A DNA stretch of 64,000 nt from Amphiscolops sp. MND2022 (taxonomy: Eukaryota), in the NCBI GenBank assembly GCA_964187785.1, contig OZ076409.1, positions 18,726,001-18,790,000 of the forward strand. Reading direction: 5' to 3'. Both the position numbers and the translations under genes were made by a program. Each line of letters starts with the position of its first letter. Within the stretch, counting starts at the first letter, position 1. The notes below the pieces were generated by a model. The model was not told where the DNA came from, did not search any database, and was given only the letters and a program-made list of their open reading frames with translations. This document shows, piece after piece, positions 37,031-50,699 of this stretch.

Positions 37031-38188
37031 TACTCATCTGGAAAACACTCTCAGATCAAAAACGTCCATCCAGCAGGAAAACCATTGCGATTCTTTTTTT
37101 TTCACAAATTTTGAGGTTAATTTCATTTACCAAAGTTACATTTTCCAGTCTTTTCTTGATCTGAATCATTTGACGCCTTGAGGTCGCATATATCTGTCTT
37201 GATTAGAGACAAACTCTAATTAAAAGTCCTGTTCAATCATTTATGCATAGTTTAAAGACATAGTTGGCCAAAATTAATAATTTGCATGCTGTCGAGTTTA
37301 TTCACTTGTGGAATGATTAATTGAGTAACTTTCCCACACTTAAGTGTGTCAAGCCCACTATCAGCCCGTAATGACTCAACTTAGCTGTGATGCTGATCAA
37401 AATTCTGCTTTATAGCTTTGAAAGAATTCGCGAATGAGAATCAGAATTATTCAGATAAGAGTAAGTTCAGCAACTGAGATCAAATACCATTTTAGCGAAA
37501 TCAACACATATTATTTTGTTATTTAAACGTTTAAAGTGCTCTACTAAAGGTCATTCAAACAGTCAGCCTTCAAATTTGGGCAACTAATGGAAGAAAAATA
37601 AAACTATACATTTCCAGGTAAGCCTCTTTTCATTGATTTTCGTCAACTTCCCTTGACTTTTTGGACTTTTGTTATTTCGGAGACTCTTTTGAGTAACCTA
37701 TAACTATTAAAGTGTCTTGATTTAGAAATTATTTTCATGAGAAAAATGCACATTATTTTGTGTCTATGCGCAAAGCTAAAAAAAGATTTATTCCGAAAAT
37801 TAATGATTTAGATTTGAAAGTACTGACTAAGTGTGGTCCCTATTATATAAGTGTGGTCTCTGCATAATTTTTCACATACCCCTAGTGCCCCATACGCAGG
37901 AGCGAAGCTATGTGCCATGTGGCCATGCCTCACTGTTGCTACTTTGCGAAGGGAGCGAACCGACCAGCCATAAAACAAATATGCTAGCTTCTTCAAATCA
38001 AGTTCCATACAAATTGGCTGTAACAGCACTAAAAGCTAGTACTTTGAATTCTGCTGTTTGGGACATTTGTAAATTGCTGTAAAGTCATACAGATGAATGG
38101 TCACGTTACTGTGCGGCTCATTTGTTTAAGCAAATGTGTTAATTGAATATATTTGAGCCTCAAATAAAAATATTGCTAACATAAACTA

Positions 38189-40562
38189 CCCAGGTTTTCG
38201 ATCTTTGCGAATCCGTGCAGATCTGCAGGATTTTTTCTACAGCGTTCTGAAAAGATCGTTGCACTGAATCTTGAAGATTCATACAGATCCGCAAGATCTT
38301 TACGGAAGTGTGTGTCACAGTCTGCCGCCTGCGATGGCAACAGCTATCACATTGTGCCGAATGAGATGAGTGACATGCCGTTGCCTGCTGGGGTGTTACC
38401 CCTATAGATGAAAGAGATTACAGGTCCGCACAAAACTACCCCGTTAAATTTGATGTCAGTATAAACTATTTTAGTTAGCATTTATATTATTTTACGGACC
38501 ATCGGTCCACCCGTCTAAAGTAGACAGTCTGTCAAACTAATATCCTAGAACTGATTATTCATAACAATTAGCTGTGTATTCATTTGTATTTACGTGCTTA
38601 ACCATGTAAACCAAATTACCAGTGAATTTGATTAATAATATCAATATGTAAAGCAACCAAAAGGTAGTAAGGAAACGCGTTCGAATTACATCACCGTCAG
38701 TATAATCGACGCGTGGTCCTTTCAGTTATTAACCAATCAGCTTTCAGTAAGCTTTTCATTCGCTTGTGCTATACTGTGCTTATTCTTCTAGTTGTCATTA
38801 ATCGGTCGGACCACCAGTCCGTCACATGTAAAATACATGTAATGCTCATGCTGAAAATCATCTATGCAAACAATGGCTTAACCAAAGTAGTCCGCATGTA
38901 TTTAGTCTTGAAAGGCGTGCCGCCATCCCCCCCCACTGAGCAATTTTACTCTAGTTCTAAGAAAAGTTGCTAAATATAAATATGACGTAGCAAAGACGTT
39001 ATCCTTTGAGGGCTTTTGCCCAGATTTTTTGCTATTTTTAGATACGTGACGCTGATAAAGTTTGCTTGTCATGCTTCTCCTACTATATATTGGGAGACCG
39101 TTAGTCTCCCAAGGACAATCTCACGCTATTCAACTCAATTCAATTACACTCTGTTCAGTGACAATCTCTGATGCAAACTTGGACTTAAAGTCCGCAAATA
39201 CCTTGTTTGACTTGACTCAATATTTTCCGTTTTGTTTCTGTTGCATTCATTTCAGTTGAAGTAACTTAGTACAAACAATATAGTGTTATTTGAAAGGAAC
39301 CTTTTAAATGCCTTCCACAAGAAAGCAGAAAGCAAGGGAAAAGCGATCAAGGCAATCAGACGTGATGTCTGATCTAGAAAATATGAATGTCATGTTGGGA
39401 AATTACCAAGAAAACCAATCAGACGTTGATCTGAATGAAAATGTAGAAATGGACTCAAGGTCCAACGGTACAAGGACCGACATGGTCAGGAATTGTGAGG
39501 ATTTTAGAACATTATTAACATCTGAAGATAGAAATAGGTGCGAAATACCTACAGAAGCCAATAGACTTATTTCTGAGGAGATAGCTTGCCAAATGAATAG
39601 GAAAATGGATGAACTGAGGAGTCTATTAACTCTGCAATTCATGATTCAATCCTTCCTTCAATCCAAAATTCGTTATCAGGACAAAATAGCGGGTTAGGTA
39701 CGAATGTGGACTCAAGGTCCAGTAGATTAGGCAGGAACACCGAAGGTAAAAAGCACCAAAGTGCTTGGGGAAATACCCATTGTAGAGTACAATCAAATTC
39801 AAACAATCATCCCCAATCTAGAGATAACTCATTAGGCTCATTAGACTGTAGGGATGATCGCGACAGTGTGCAGATTTTCTCTAAAGATTTTTGCAGAAAT
39901 ATGTTTTTCTGCAGCTTTTAAGGAACCAATATACTGCAATTTTGGACTTCTTTAACTACTTTATCCAGTATTTTAGCTGACCTAAGGTCAGTCAGTGAAA
40001 ACTCTCCATCACTCAAAATTCATGAAAAAAAACATTGTCCCCATCACGGTAATTTTGGCGTCTGGGAATATTTAGTATAGGTCATGCCCTAATTTATCAA
40101 TTTCACTCGAACTTTGCAAAAGCGGTTGTGCAACTTTGAGAGGCTCTTTTGCCTTATTGACTTCGTTTTGGCAGATACAACTTAACATGTGACACCATTC
40201 TGGGTTGGTCGATGTGTTTTTGAAGTATTGTTGTCATAATATTTCCGCAACATAGTTTGATGGAGTAATTGCTGTTAATTTGGAATACGTTATATTAAAT
40301 TACTGGTCATTGTTTGGCTCTGTAAAGATCTGTAAAGATCTGTAATCTCTACAGATATTAACAGATTTCTACAGAAAAATATTTCATCGATTTGACATAA
40401 ATGAGACTTCTCTCCAGTTTTAAACCTTTTTACATTTGACATCGCTGTGGGGTTTCTATTGTGTTTCAGAGTACGTCAGTTTTTTTCGAATCTGCGCATA
40501 TCTGCAAAGATTTGCAAAAATTCTGCAGATCTGCACAGATTCGCAAAGATCGAAAACATGGG
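38189..40562. mobile_element. Same MITE family, copy B, opposite orientation, interrupted by a solo LTR
   Basis: Same TIRs; the internal sequence is the diverged reverse complement of copy A once 38313-39865 is removed. Confidence 0.88.
38313..39865 (+). mobile_element. Solo LTR (1553 bp) containing a gag N-terminal ORF (39308 to LTR end, one frameshift)
   Basis: TGTC...GACA termini; exact 5-bp TSD GTGTG (38308-38312, 39866-39870); ORF MPSTRKQKAREKRSRQSDVMSDLENM...RDDRD. Confidence 0.9.
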
Positions 40563-40744
40563 CTTATATGCAGCTTCCATGCGATTGGAACTTTCTGAAA
40601 TTGAAGATTTCACACAATTTTCTTCCTGTTGCTGAAAACAACTCTGAAACGAAAGTTTTCAACCGACTCAATTTGCCCACGCAACTGTTAAACATAGTTG
40701 TATGCAGCTTGTTTTCCGAACATTTTGAACGGAGTTTTTTCGCT

Positions 40745-41742
40745 ATGGGGAAGAAATGCGATCTCTCATCACAAGAAAAACTGACATTGTTCGGTTCTTA
40801 TCCCAAGGGCAATCAACTCTGTCCATTTCGAAGCTTTTGATGAGGGACCATCGTACTATACTAAAATATACTGCCAACAGTCAAAAAGTGTGCCAGAACG
40901 GCTGTCTTGGAAAATTTAACTAATGAAGTTACGATCTTTTAGACGGCTTAGGATTGTAATTAAAGCAATGAAAATGGCCACCAGTGCTGCCATTTTTGAA
41001 GAGGATGGTTTACCCAACGTGTCATAGGCAACCCGAAATAGGATCTTCAAACGCCCGGGAAAGGTGCCCTAAGCTGAAAAGTAACCTTCGCTTACCGACA
41101 GACACAAGGCAAAGAGTGTGGCATTGGTCAAAAATTACACGAAGGAAGATTTTTTCTATGTTCTCTTCACAGACGAATGTCAAGCAATACTGGTTGGTCC
41201 TGGTGTTTTTCCAAAGACTGGGTAGCCAACGGAGAATAACCACAGTACGAAACAAGGTGACGGTGGGGTCATGTTTTGGGCTGGCATTCATCGGCGGGCG
41301 ATTATCGGCATCTTCGAGGTGAGCAGGGCGTGAAGAATAACTGTGGAAACAACTGTAAATTTCTGAGAGCAACTTCGAGCCAAGGGCGCGACAAAGGTCT
41401 CTAAACCAACGCTGACGTCCGGTACATTTGCAGGATCGTTCCCCCTCACATCGCGCAAGACAAACCAAGTCCTTTTTGAAGCCTTTCGTTTTTTTTCGTA
41501 TCCAAACAAAAGGACTGGCCAGCGTGTTCATCGGATCTGAATCCGATAGAAAATAGGTGGTCTATCATAAAATGCAAAGTTCTCGAGGAAAGCAAGCAGT
41601 ATTTGTGCCAAGATTACCTCTGGAGAGCTATCAAGCAGGCCCATGCTGATATTCTCCCAGGGATTATCAAAAAGTGACATCGTCGGTGGATTCACGATTA
41701 GTCAAAATGTTCGAGAAACAAGGCGGCTTTATTAACATGTGA
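40745..41742 (+). pseudogene. Tc1/mariner (DD34E-type) transposase relic
   Basis: MGKKCDLS start, VLFTDEC, GGVMFWAGI, LQDRSPSH (QDNAPxH-like), degenerate DLNPIE region, SVDSRLVKMFEKQGGFINM* end. Many frameshifts; TIRs not found. Confidence 0.85.
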
Positions 41743-43405
41743 ATCATGCCAGAACTCTCATTTCTCTGTTCTGTTGTCTCTGTTGTCGCTATTATTATTT
41801 TGATTTTTTTATCTTGCAGATATATTCCATTTATTGTTTTTGCGCTAACAAAGTGTGCCACCTAAAAATGAAATGGCTAAAAGTATTTCAGAGTGATCAT
41901 GTCCTGGCAAACACTAATTATAAAGGTTAGTGTAACGGAAAGCGCTGAGCGTTTGTATCGTGACACTGGAGTGGAGCAACTGGTACCATGGATATGGTCC
42001 GGGACAAACCACCGTGATATCAACAAACTTTGTCCTCCTAAGGAAAGCCGGTCCCGAGGGGGGTTGGGGGGGATCAACCGTCTCTGGAGATGCTCTCTGG
42101 CCTGATACCAGTCTGTAACTGCTAAGAGTCACAGGAATTGTGCTTTCCTATCACAACCACCGCGTAGATAGCTCATAAGAACAATAAGGTAGTGTAGAAC
42201 TGAGTGTTACCAACGGGAATCTGTGTAAAGGCACAACGTAGGGGTAGCCCTCGAATTAATAATTAATCAAACAAATACATCACTTACGACAATTAAGTCC
42301 AGTTCGGCGAACCTGATCGGCGTTCGCGCGGCATGGTACCAGCGGTCGAGCTGGGCACAACCCCCGGGCACGGGTACTGCGATCTCCAAGCCGTCATGCT
42401 GATTTCTGAGTCAGTCCTGCAAAGCGGTGATTTCAGCAGGCAAACACCGTGGATACAACCAGTTCGCTGTCTTTTTGACTTTCGTGCTTGTCACGCTTTT
42501 TTGTGCTCCCACTCGCGGGGTGCTTCTCTGTCTGTTTCTTTACGATTTCTGCTGACAAGTACTTTGCCAAAATCATGCTCGAGTGCCACGTCAGTTTTGA
42601 ACGAAATTTCCAAAATTTTTAGGTGAACACAGGATGCCGTTACACCACTCCCCGGGATTCTGGCTTGTCGTCCCCGGGAACAGGGTTGCTTCCCATGCTG
42701 TGAATACCTATTGAAACAAGGACGAATCCTTGTTTGACAGCTGTTGTAGGAATAGTGCCGTCAGGGATCCTAACGATGACTATCTCAAAATTTCGTCTTT
42801 TTACAAAAAACCTCAAGTGTTTTAGCACCAGCTCAAGAGCTAGAAATTTATGAGTAGCTTTCGTCTTTTTGAAGCACTTTTGGAGGGTAAAACGTTTTTT
42901 TGCGGCTAGTGCCAGCTAAAAACATTCTTTCTCCAGTTTTCAGAATTCAGATTTTTCAGTTTTTTGTTCAAAATTTCTACTGCTTGGAGCGCACGAGTTC
43001 CGCTACAGGAAAGACAGTAGACAGAATGCACACGACTCAGAATAGCAATTCAGCGTAAAAGATCTTTTTTATTTCTTTTCGGCTTTGGGCATGGACCTTC
43101 TTCTGTCGACACCGCTCAAGGTGTTAGAAACAAAGAGAGTTGTTTTGTCTTCGTTGCTTTTTTAATACGTGGTTCAGTTCAGACCTAGCACGCGGGGCAG
43201 GCGCACTCTAAGGCCATACACCCACGGCACACTATAAAATAGCACTAACTAAGTAACATACAAACTAAAATTGCACCAATAAAAGGCATGACCAAAGTAA
43301 GGCAACGACAGTTTGGCAAGATTCTGCAGTTTGTAGGCTGCGATCCTTCAAGCTCAATTCGAAAATGGTCAGCCCTCGGGCTCACCAATTTTATTGGCAT
43401 TCGGT

Positions 43406-45450
43406 TCATTGTATGGTTGATTTGTGTCGGCTGCGGGGTGAGACTTCTGTATGCGGAGAGACTGTACTCACTGAAGCCCGTCTGCAGGGGGGCGGCACTA
43501 CAGACTCTGTATCAGTGTCAATGGTGAGAACTCCAATCGGGTCTACGTCTACCAGCGCTACATTCGGCGTCAGCTCGGCAGCATGCTCGCCTGATTGGTC
43601 TGGTAATATTGGGATGGCTGTGTCCTCCAAGACTTCCTTCGTCCACGGGAGCTGCTTCCACAGTCAGTTGCTGCTCTAAGACATTGACATTGTGGGGGCT
43701 GGTTTGGGCTGCGGCTGTCTGCCTCGGCTCTGCTGTTGGCAGCGAGTGCCACACGGTTAGAGATACAGCCGGCCTGTTTCCAGAGCCCGCAAGCTCTCTT
43801 CCACACTTCAAAACTGCTGATTTCCAGGTTCAAGCATTTTTCGTGCCATTCGGCTCGCAACTGTGGACCCAGGACAGAATTTACCACGTCCATCAGCACC
43901 AAGGGCATGTCGCAAAACATTGTCATTTTCGCTTGCGGGTGCCAGGCAGGTTCATGTTGTACGGGAACCATGCGGCGTGCTAGGTTGCGCTTCCGCACTG
44001 GTGCAGGTACCTCGATCCATTGATGAACAAGCGCAAAGTCAAGGTGTGGCCGCTGGTGGTCCAGATACTCTTGCCCTCGAGCAATGGGGCTCGCGGGGGT
44101 AGCCCACGGGTTCTTTCCAGTATCGGTTAAGAATCTGGATGAAGTTGAAGCTGTAATTGGACCGAGCAGTGAGACTAGTCACTAAGCTAGCATTGATAAT
44201 TTTTCGCAATATTTCTGTCGGCCATCGAAACCTGAACGGTTGCCCGCTCAGATCAGCAGGAGCATTGTACCAATTGACGGGACCGTACTCCTTGGGCAGA
44301 ACAGTCGCCTCTCGGGTTCGGACCCTGATAACTCCCATCATAGTCTCCTCAGCTTGTTGCTCTTTTTTGATGGTAGTGTAGGCATGAGGCACCTGACTGC
44401 TGAGAAGCTCTCTGACAGCATTTTCGTAGCCCATGGGAGGACTGACTTGCAAACACGTACAAATGGATACCGCAGCCACCTGAACGGCCATTGACAACGG
44501 TTTGGTGGGGTATCGCAGTAGTCCCAAATGTCCAAAGACCAGGACGAGCACAGCAGCTACGACGGGGACCAAGGCCTCGACCTCTGTCGGAGTCAGGATC
44601 GCCACTTGCTGCGGCATTGATAACCCGGAGTTTTCATTGGGAAGCTGTGTCTCCGGGTTGTGGTCCACACCCGCAGATAAACCAGAAACGATGACCAGTG
44701 TTGAGTACAGTCAATGCTGCAGAGATGCTCTCAACTTGAGTAAGGTTCGGTGTAGATTTGTTTGTTCTGCAGGAACAACACGTCGCCTAGACCGATCAGC
44801 CCGCTCATTTTGCCTTGAGCTAGCACCAAGTAACCACGTACGTGTAAAATTCGAGCAAGTCTCAAACTGCTACTATGTCCACTACAATGGCCTGAGGACC
44901 AGCCACGTACTTAGTGGGTCCTAAAGCCAGCGCTAATTCTAGCACTTCACTGACAGTCATGACCGCAAGTGTCTCGGTGAGCTTTTTTACTTGTGTTCGA
45001 CTGAGGTTGAGTTCATCGGTCACGACGTTCAGGTTCCAGCCTAGGTTGAAACTCGTCATAAGCGCAGGGAAGAAAACAAACAGTGCTCGAGCTGCCATAG
45101 GGAGGGTGACTGTCGCGAGCCTCTTTGGTACCACCCGCCATAGGTGGTTTCACGGGCTTGTATTGCCCGCTCTAGGATTACAGCTTCATGGGCTACAAAG
45201 TGACGTAGGCCCAGGGGGAGTTTGATGGTTTCGGTATTTTCGGCAACGTGGATCTGAGGTATTGTCCGCTCAACCTCACGATTGGCCGGCCACCTGCCGG
45301 CCACCATGTTTGCCTGCATGGCGAGAGCACTGGCATACGGTGCTGGGGTGCTGGGTGCCACTGACGTGAGTGTGGGCACTAATTGCTGTACATTTGGTAG
45401 GTAAGTCGGTTGCTGCGACTGATGTGGAGGTTGCGGCGAGGCTTGCACTT
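43406..45450 (-). pseudogene. Additional ORF fragments of unknown function between integrase and the 3' LTR
   Basis: A chain of GC-richer minus-strand ORFs (45056-45448, 44862-45134, 44039-44668, 43570-43998, 43406-43630) with protein-like composition. Confidence 0.5.
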
Positions 45451-45638
45451 GCGGCTGAATTACCAGGTGAGCTGGCGGTGGTTGAGGAATAGGTGCGTTA
45501 GGTGGCCTGCGCAGCGTGGCCTCCTGCTAGAACGTGGTGTGAGTGCTGCGGCCGTAAACCACAGTGGATCTGTTATCTAGGAATGGGTGCGTCAAGTCGT
45601 AACCATCCCCCACTCCATTGCGGCAGGTCATGGTAGGC

Positions 45639-48600
45639 TTATACCCGGACACATCCGCCACTATTGATTGTGTAGCGTAGTCTAACTCCCCGAGCTCCAA
45701 TGGCAACCTCTCGTATCTCGTTTACAGCTAATATGAAGACGCAGTTGTGTAGACCACATGTTCCACATTTGTATCTAGGCTGTCGTTTTTGCCTTAGTTG
45801 ATACCGGTCCTGAGACCCTGTCTGAGTCACCGTTTTTGGTGCCGAAGCCACGTTGCTAGCCGGTACTTTCCGCTGGCGAGGCACCCGTGCTTTCATTCGA
45901 GGTCTCCCCCCCTTTTAGAAGAAGGAGCGGTCAGTGGTTTAGGAGCTGCCAAAGCGGAATCATCCACCGAAGGAGATGATGGGCGTGATAGGGACATGTT
46001 AGAGTCCTCGGCCTGGTTTGGCCAGATGGGATAGTTGCTGAGGTAATCAGTAAGGGATGGATTCGTCAGCAAAGACGGCTGACGTTCCGGCCAGGGATTG
46101 ATCTAGCTGGTGGTCTGAAGGCGATAGCTGCGGTGACAACGAGCGCGCCTGCTCGTGGTCAGAAAATAACCGCGGGAGGCAGTCATGAAAAGAGACATCA
46201 GACGGATCGTGAGGTCAGACTCAGGGGGTCCGGAGGCAGTATGGGTCGCTTCAGGTCCTGGGGATGGGTAGGAATGGGGAGCATCGCCTTCGAAGGCTCA
46301 TCGTCCGTGTCCAAAGTTGAGTAGTCGAATTGCTGATAATGCAGCCGGGACCTTCCTGCACGGAGTTTGGTGCGGAGTCGCGAATTCATCCAATGTTGTC
46401 GGCGTGAAGCCAATGACACATTCGAAGCTTCTGAAAGCAATTGTTCAGATTAGTAAGAAGGTTGGGATAAGTCATCATTTATGGGTTCAATGGAGCGGTC
46501 GGGCTCCATATCCATGCTGATCGCGATTTTGTCAGTGTCAAGAGGGGGGGGGATTGTGGCATACTCCGTAGGCTCACAGTGATGCGGTTTAGGACGTTCA
46601 AAGTGCACCTTTTGCCCAGTATCTAAGGTGTAGACACCTCGCTCCTGTAAAACATGAATTACACGGGGCGGGCCACGCCAGGCGCGCATCAACTCAGGAG
46701 AACCTTTTTGCGGGACGTATCGAAAAAAAACCATACGAGATTGCCTTGCTTGTAGGCCTTACCTCGTATGGAAAATAACGTACTTGAGGTTTTGACGCAT
46801 TTGAGCTTGGTGGGTGTTACGACGAACCAAGTCATGATTTTCTTGTTGGCGGGCCAACACGTGATCCACGAATGCATAATGAGTTGCAAAAGATTGTGTA
46901 GCAAACGCAGGGTAAAAGTACGTGAGCGGTATCGCTTTTTCAGTACCACAGGTAAACCTGTAGGGAGAAAACCCTGTTGTCGCGTGGCAGGTGGAATTGT
47001 ACGCACCCAGTACTTCATCAAGGTGTTGATCCCAGTCTCGCATCCGGCGTTAACGAATTACTCGCAACAAAGTGAGCAGTGTGCGATTCTGGCGCTCCAC
47101 TAGACCCTGGGTAAGCAAGTGACCAGTAGTGGAGGTTACCTTGGTGATCTGTGATGCTTCATGAACTCGTTTGAGACCTCAGCGGTCAAATTGGGTGCGT
47201 TGTCAGACTGCTTGCGCGTGGGCGTGCCATGGCGAGCAAACCACTTCTGAAGCAACAAGTGGGACGTGGTGATGTCGCCGTAATCATCCTGACTGCAGGG
47301 TACAGCTTCAGCAATTTTGAAGAACTGATTTTCTATGATGACGAAGATCCCAGTATTGCCAGCATCAGAGGGGCAGAGCTCCACGTGGTCATACTGAACC
47401 AGCTCATTGAAGTACCCACTCTGGATGTTTTTGAGGTGGAAACGGACGTCGCCAGGTTTGTCTCGCATCTGTTGGCACGTGAGGCATTGGCTAACGTAAT
47501 GCCCGATAGTGCAGCGAATAATAGCAGGCCAGGTGTGGCGCTGCTGTATGCGCGCGACAACTTTGCTACTGCCCTGGTGACGCATGGCGTCGTGCGCACG
47601 GAAGAGGATCTAATCTTGATACAGTTGAGGCATGACGATCATGAAGGGCCGTTCATGCAACAGCCTGACGGAGGGTATTTCGCACAAAGAACTCCACTGG
47701 AAATCAGAAACAGCAGATCTTTCTTTTGTTTGAAATAGTTGCGGGCAAAAGCACGCACATACTCCGGAAAGATGTCTTGGTCAATGTTTTCGTTGTTGAC
47801 CAGCTTTTGGAGGGCCAAGATATGAACCTCTAGGTTTTGGGCCAACACTAGATCTTTGATGCCATGGACAGTGTGGGCATGCTCGTGGAGATCAGTGCTG
47901 AGTCTTCGAATAGCAAGCACCGCTTGCTTGATGTGATTGAGAGCATTTTGTACTACCGCTCCGTTGCCCTCGGCCAGCGCGTAGGTTGTACGCGACGCGA
48001 CATTGGTAACGTGTGTCGGCAGCAAGTAATCATGGCTTGCTTCCTCGGTTACATCTATCCAGTCTTCGGGATAGTCAGGAGAAAAGTCTTCGTGAGTGTG
48101 CAGCACCTTTTGTTTCTCCGTCGTTTGGTCCGTTGAGTGAGACGAATAACGCGCTGAACCAGATTAGGTGTGGTGGGTTGCACATGACGCAAATGTGAGG
48201 GTAGATCAGGGTGGTTGGGTTTTCTAGCTGTAGTTCTCGCCAACGATAATCATTGGTTCGTTTGGTAAAGCCATCGGCATTGCGATGTTGTGTCCGTGGA
48301 CGGCATTCCACGCGGAAGTGGTCGAATTCGCCTTCCGAGTCTGGCTGCGCGAGAGCAGTCGCCTCGATGAGTGCTTTCTTGATCTCGTTGAAAGCCTGCT
48401 GTTGTTCAGATCCCCATGTGAGGTGGCGTTCACCCCAATGATGATGTGCAAGGGACAAACGAGTTTGGCATGCCAAGGGATGAAGTCGCGATAGTCATTG
48501 GCAAAGCCCAGAAAGCTTTGCATTTCCGTTCTGTTGCGAGGAATTTCCCAATCTCGTAGTTTCGCGACGGTTTTATGGTCAAGTTTTACGCACTCTGCAC

Positions 48601-50690
48601 GACACGACCCAAGTACTTGATTTCAGACTTCATGAAGTCACATTTGCAACTCTCATCTTGAACCCAGCTTCACGCAGGCATTGAAAAATTCGCGGAGACG
48701 TACCATGTGGTCTTCCACAGTTTCTGTGGCAATCACAATGTCGCCTATGTAAGCCATCACCATGCTGCCTTCCCGAAACACAATTTTGCGTAGCCCCCGT
48801 GCTATCACTCTCTGGAAGGTGGCGGAAGCGTTACACATGCCAAAGAGCACGCGCATCCACTCGAAAGCCCTCAGTTCACAGGCAAATGCTGTTTTCTGGC
48901 GATCAGCCTTTCGGACAGGGGTTTGCCAGAAACCCCAGGCCAGATCAATACTGCTGTAGATCTTGGCCTTACCGAGCCTGGCCAGACTCTGATCAATTCG
49001 GGTATGCGTCTTTGACGGTCACCTGGTTCAGTGGGCAGAAGTCACAGCAGAACCGTAGCTCACCGTTCTTCTTCTTGACCAAAACGATACCGTTAGGGGG
49101 ACAATGAAGATTGGAATATTACAAGGGCGAGCAGGTTGCACACCTCCTGATTAGCACGTTCTGCTTTTTCAGGGGACATACGCCTGGCACTTTCACTGTG
49201 CGGCATGGCAACTGGTTCTACCTCTATTTGGTGCTTGGCTATGGAGCATCGACCAATGTCAGCCTTGTGTTTCATGAACAAGTCATCGAACTCGGTAAAA
49301 ATGTTCTCTGGAGAGGTGCTCGCTTCAGAGCCTCAAAGGTCCTTTACCTCCTGTGGCTGCTACTCTGGTCCCGGTATGGGCGCCATCAGCTCGGGATCTG
49401 TGCGTTTGTGTTATTCACGGTCTCAAAGGCCTTCCTCAGTATCCTCAATAGGATCTGTTGACGACAAAAACTCAAACTCCGACAAAGAAGTTAATTGCGA
49501 GTCGGTACTGAGATTAATTTTCTCAAAAACTTTATCAACAAAATCAATATGGTCGTTATCGACTTCAGTTTTTGGTTTTGGATCATCCACAAGTTGGGGT
49601 ACAGCTTTGAATACAAGGGACACGGGTACCACGGTGCCCAAGTGGATGTTACTACGGATACGTTGTGGGATGCTAGTGAGCTTCATCACGCTGATAAAGA
49701 CGTGGCCTGTCTCACTGACTGTGGCAACGCAGTCCTCTAAAAACGCAACATTCTAAAGTGATGCATCCGCAATGGCGGCGTTCAACACTACGTTTTGAAA
49801 CACTAGTGGTTCCAGGTTGGCAAACACTACCTTGGTTTTTACAACCGTGCGTTCAAAAGGTTGCAGCACTAAGTCTCTGCCTGAAGCGACTGGAACTGCT
49901 AAAGTGAAGTCACCTACCTGGGTGTGAGCATGATGCCAGACTGGTTGAACTGGCGCACGAACCACGATCTTCATCGATGTTAGGTCAACAAGGACCTGAT
50001 AAGCTCGGAGGAAGTTGCGACCTAGCAAAAAGTCCTCGACTCCCATGGCGTCGTCCACCACGACAAAGTTCGTTTCCATTTCGTAGCTTCCTAACTGGAA
50101 GCGCACCCGCTCCGACATTCCCAACGTTTTGATGGTCTTGCCATTAGCTGCGTACATGTCGATCTGGTAAGGTTTCAGTACTGCCTTGGTTTGAACAGCG
50201 ACTCGGTTAAAGACAGCGAACTTCAGAATAGACACCCCGGAGCCTGTGTCAACCAGACCTCGCAGTGGAATTGGTGCCGCATGGGGGACTATGAAAGAAA
50301 CGACGAGCGACGCACGCTCAACTTTTCGTGCTTCGCCGGTGCGTTCCTGGCGACAGATATCCTCTCATTTAAGCTCTTGGGATCCCAGGTATATGCCGGG
50401 AGGCAACACGTCAAATACAACGCAGGCTTCAAACTTCACATCCTGCCGTCCTTTGTGGCGTAAATAGGCACTGGAGAAAATGTGGTCAACGTGTCAAAGT
50501 CTCCGGGAGCGTACCACTCTTTTGGGCGAGCGAGTTCCACTTGCTTGTAGAGGATAAATAGTTCAGCCCAGAGTTTGGCCAGACTTAAAGTCGGGCGACG
50601 CAGCTGTTCTGCAGCCAACATCAAGTGGATGGATTTGAGCGTGCGCCCTTGGACGTCAAATATTGTTGGCTCCAAGCACGTTCGCAATTA
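45639..50690 (-). pseudogene. pol: pol remnant (PR, RT, integrase); most of RNase H deleted
   Basis: LVDTGS (about 50240-50257), FLLGRNFL, FGMCNASATFQR, AYIGD (mutated YxDD), integrase H2C2 HQG...CLTCQ, SDNAPN and WRGP (GPY/F-like). Confidence 0.9.
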
Positions 50691-50699
50691 CTTGACACC

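Noticed and set aside
42333..42626. Similar small ORFs at 42333, 55971 and 62530
   Set aside because: They recur because they lie in LTR copies; lengths and frames are not conserved.
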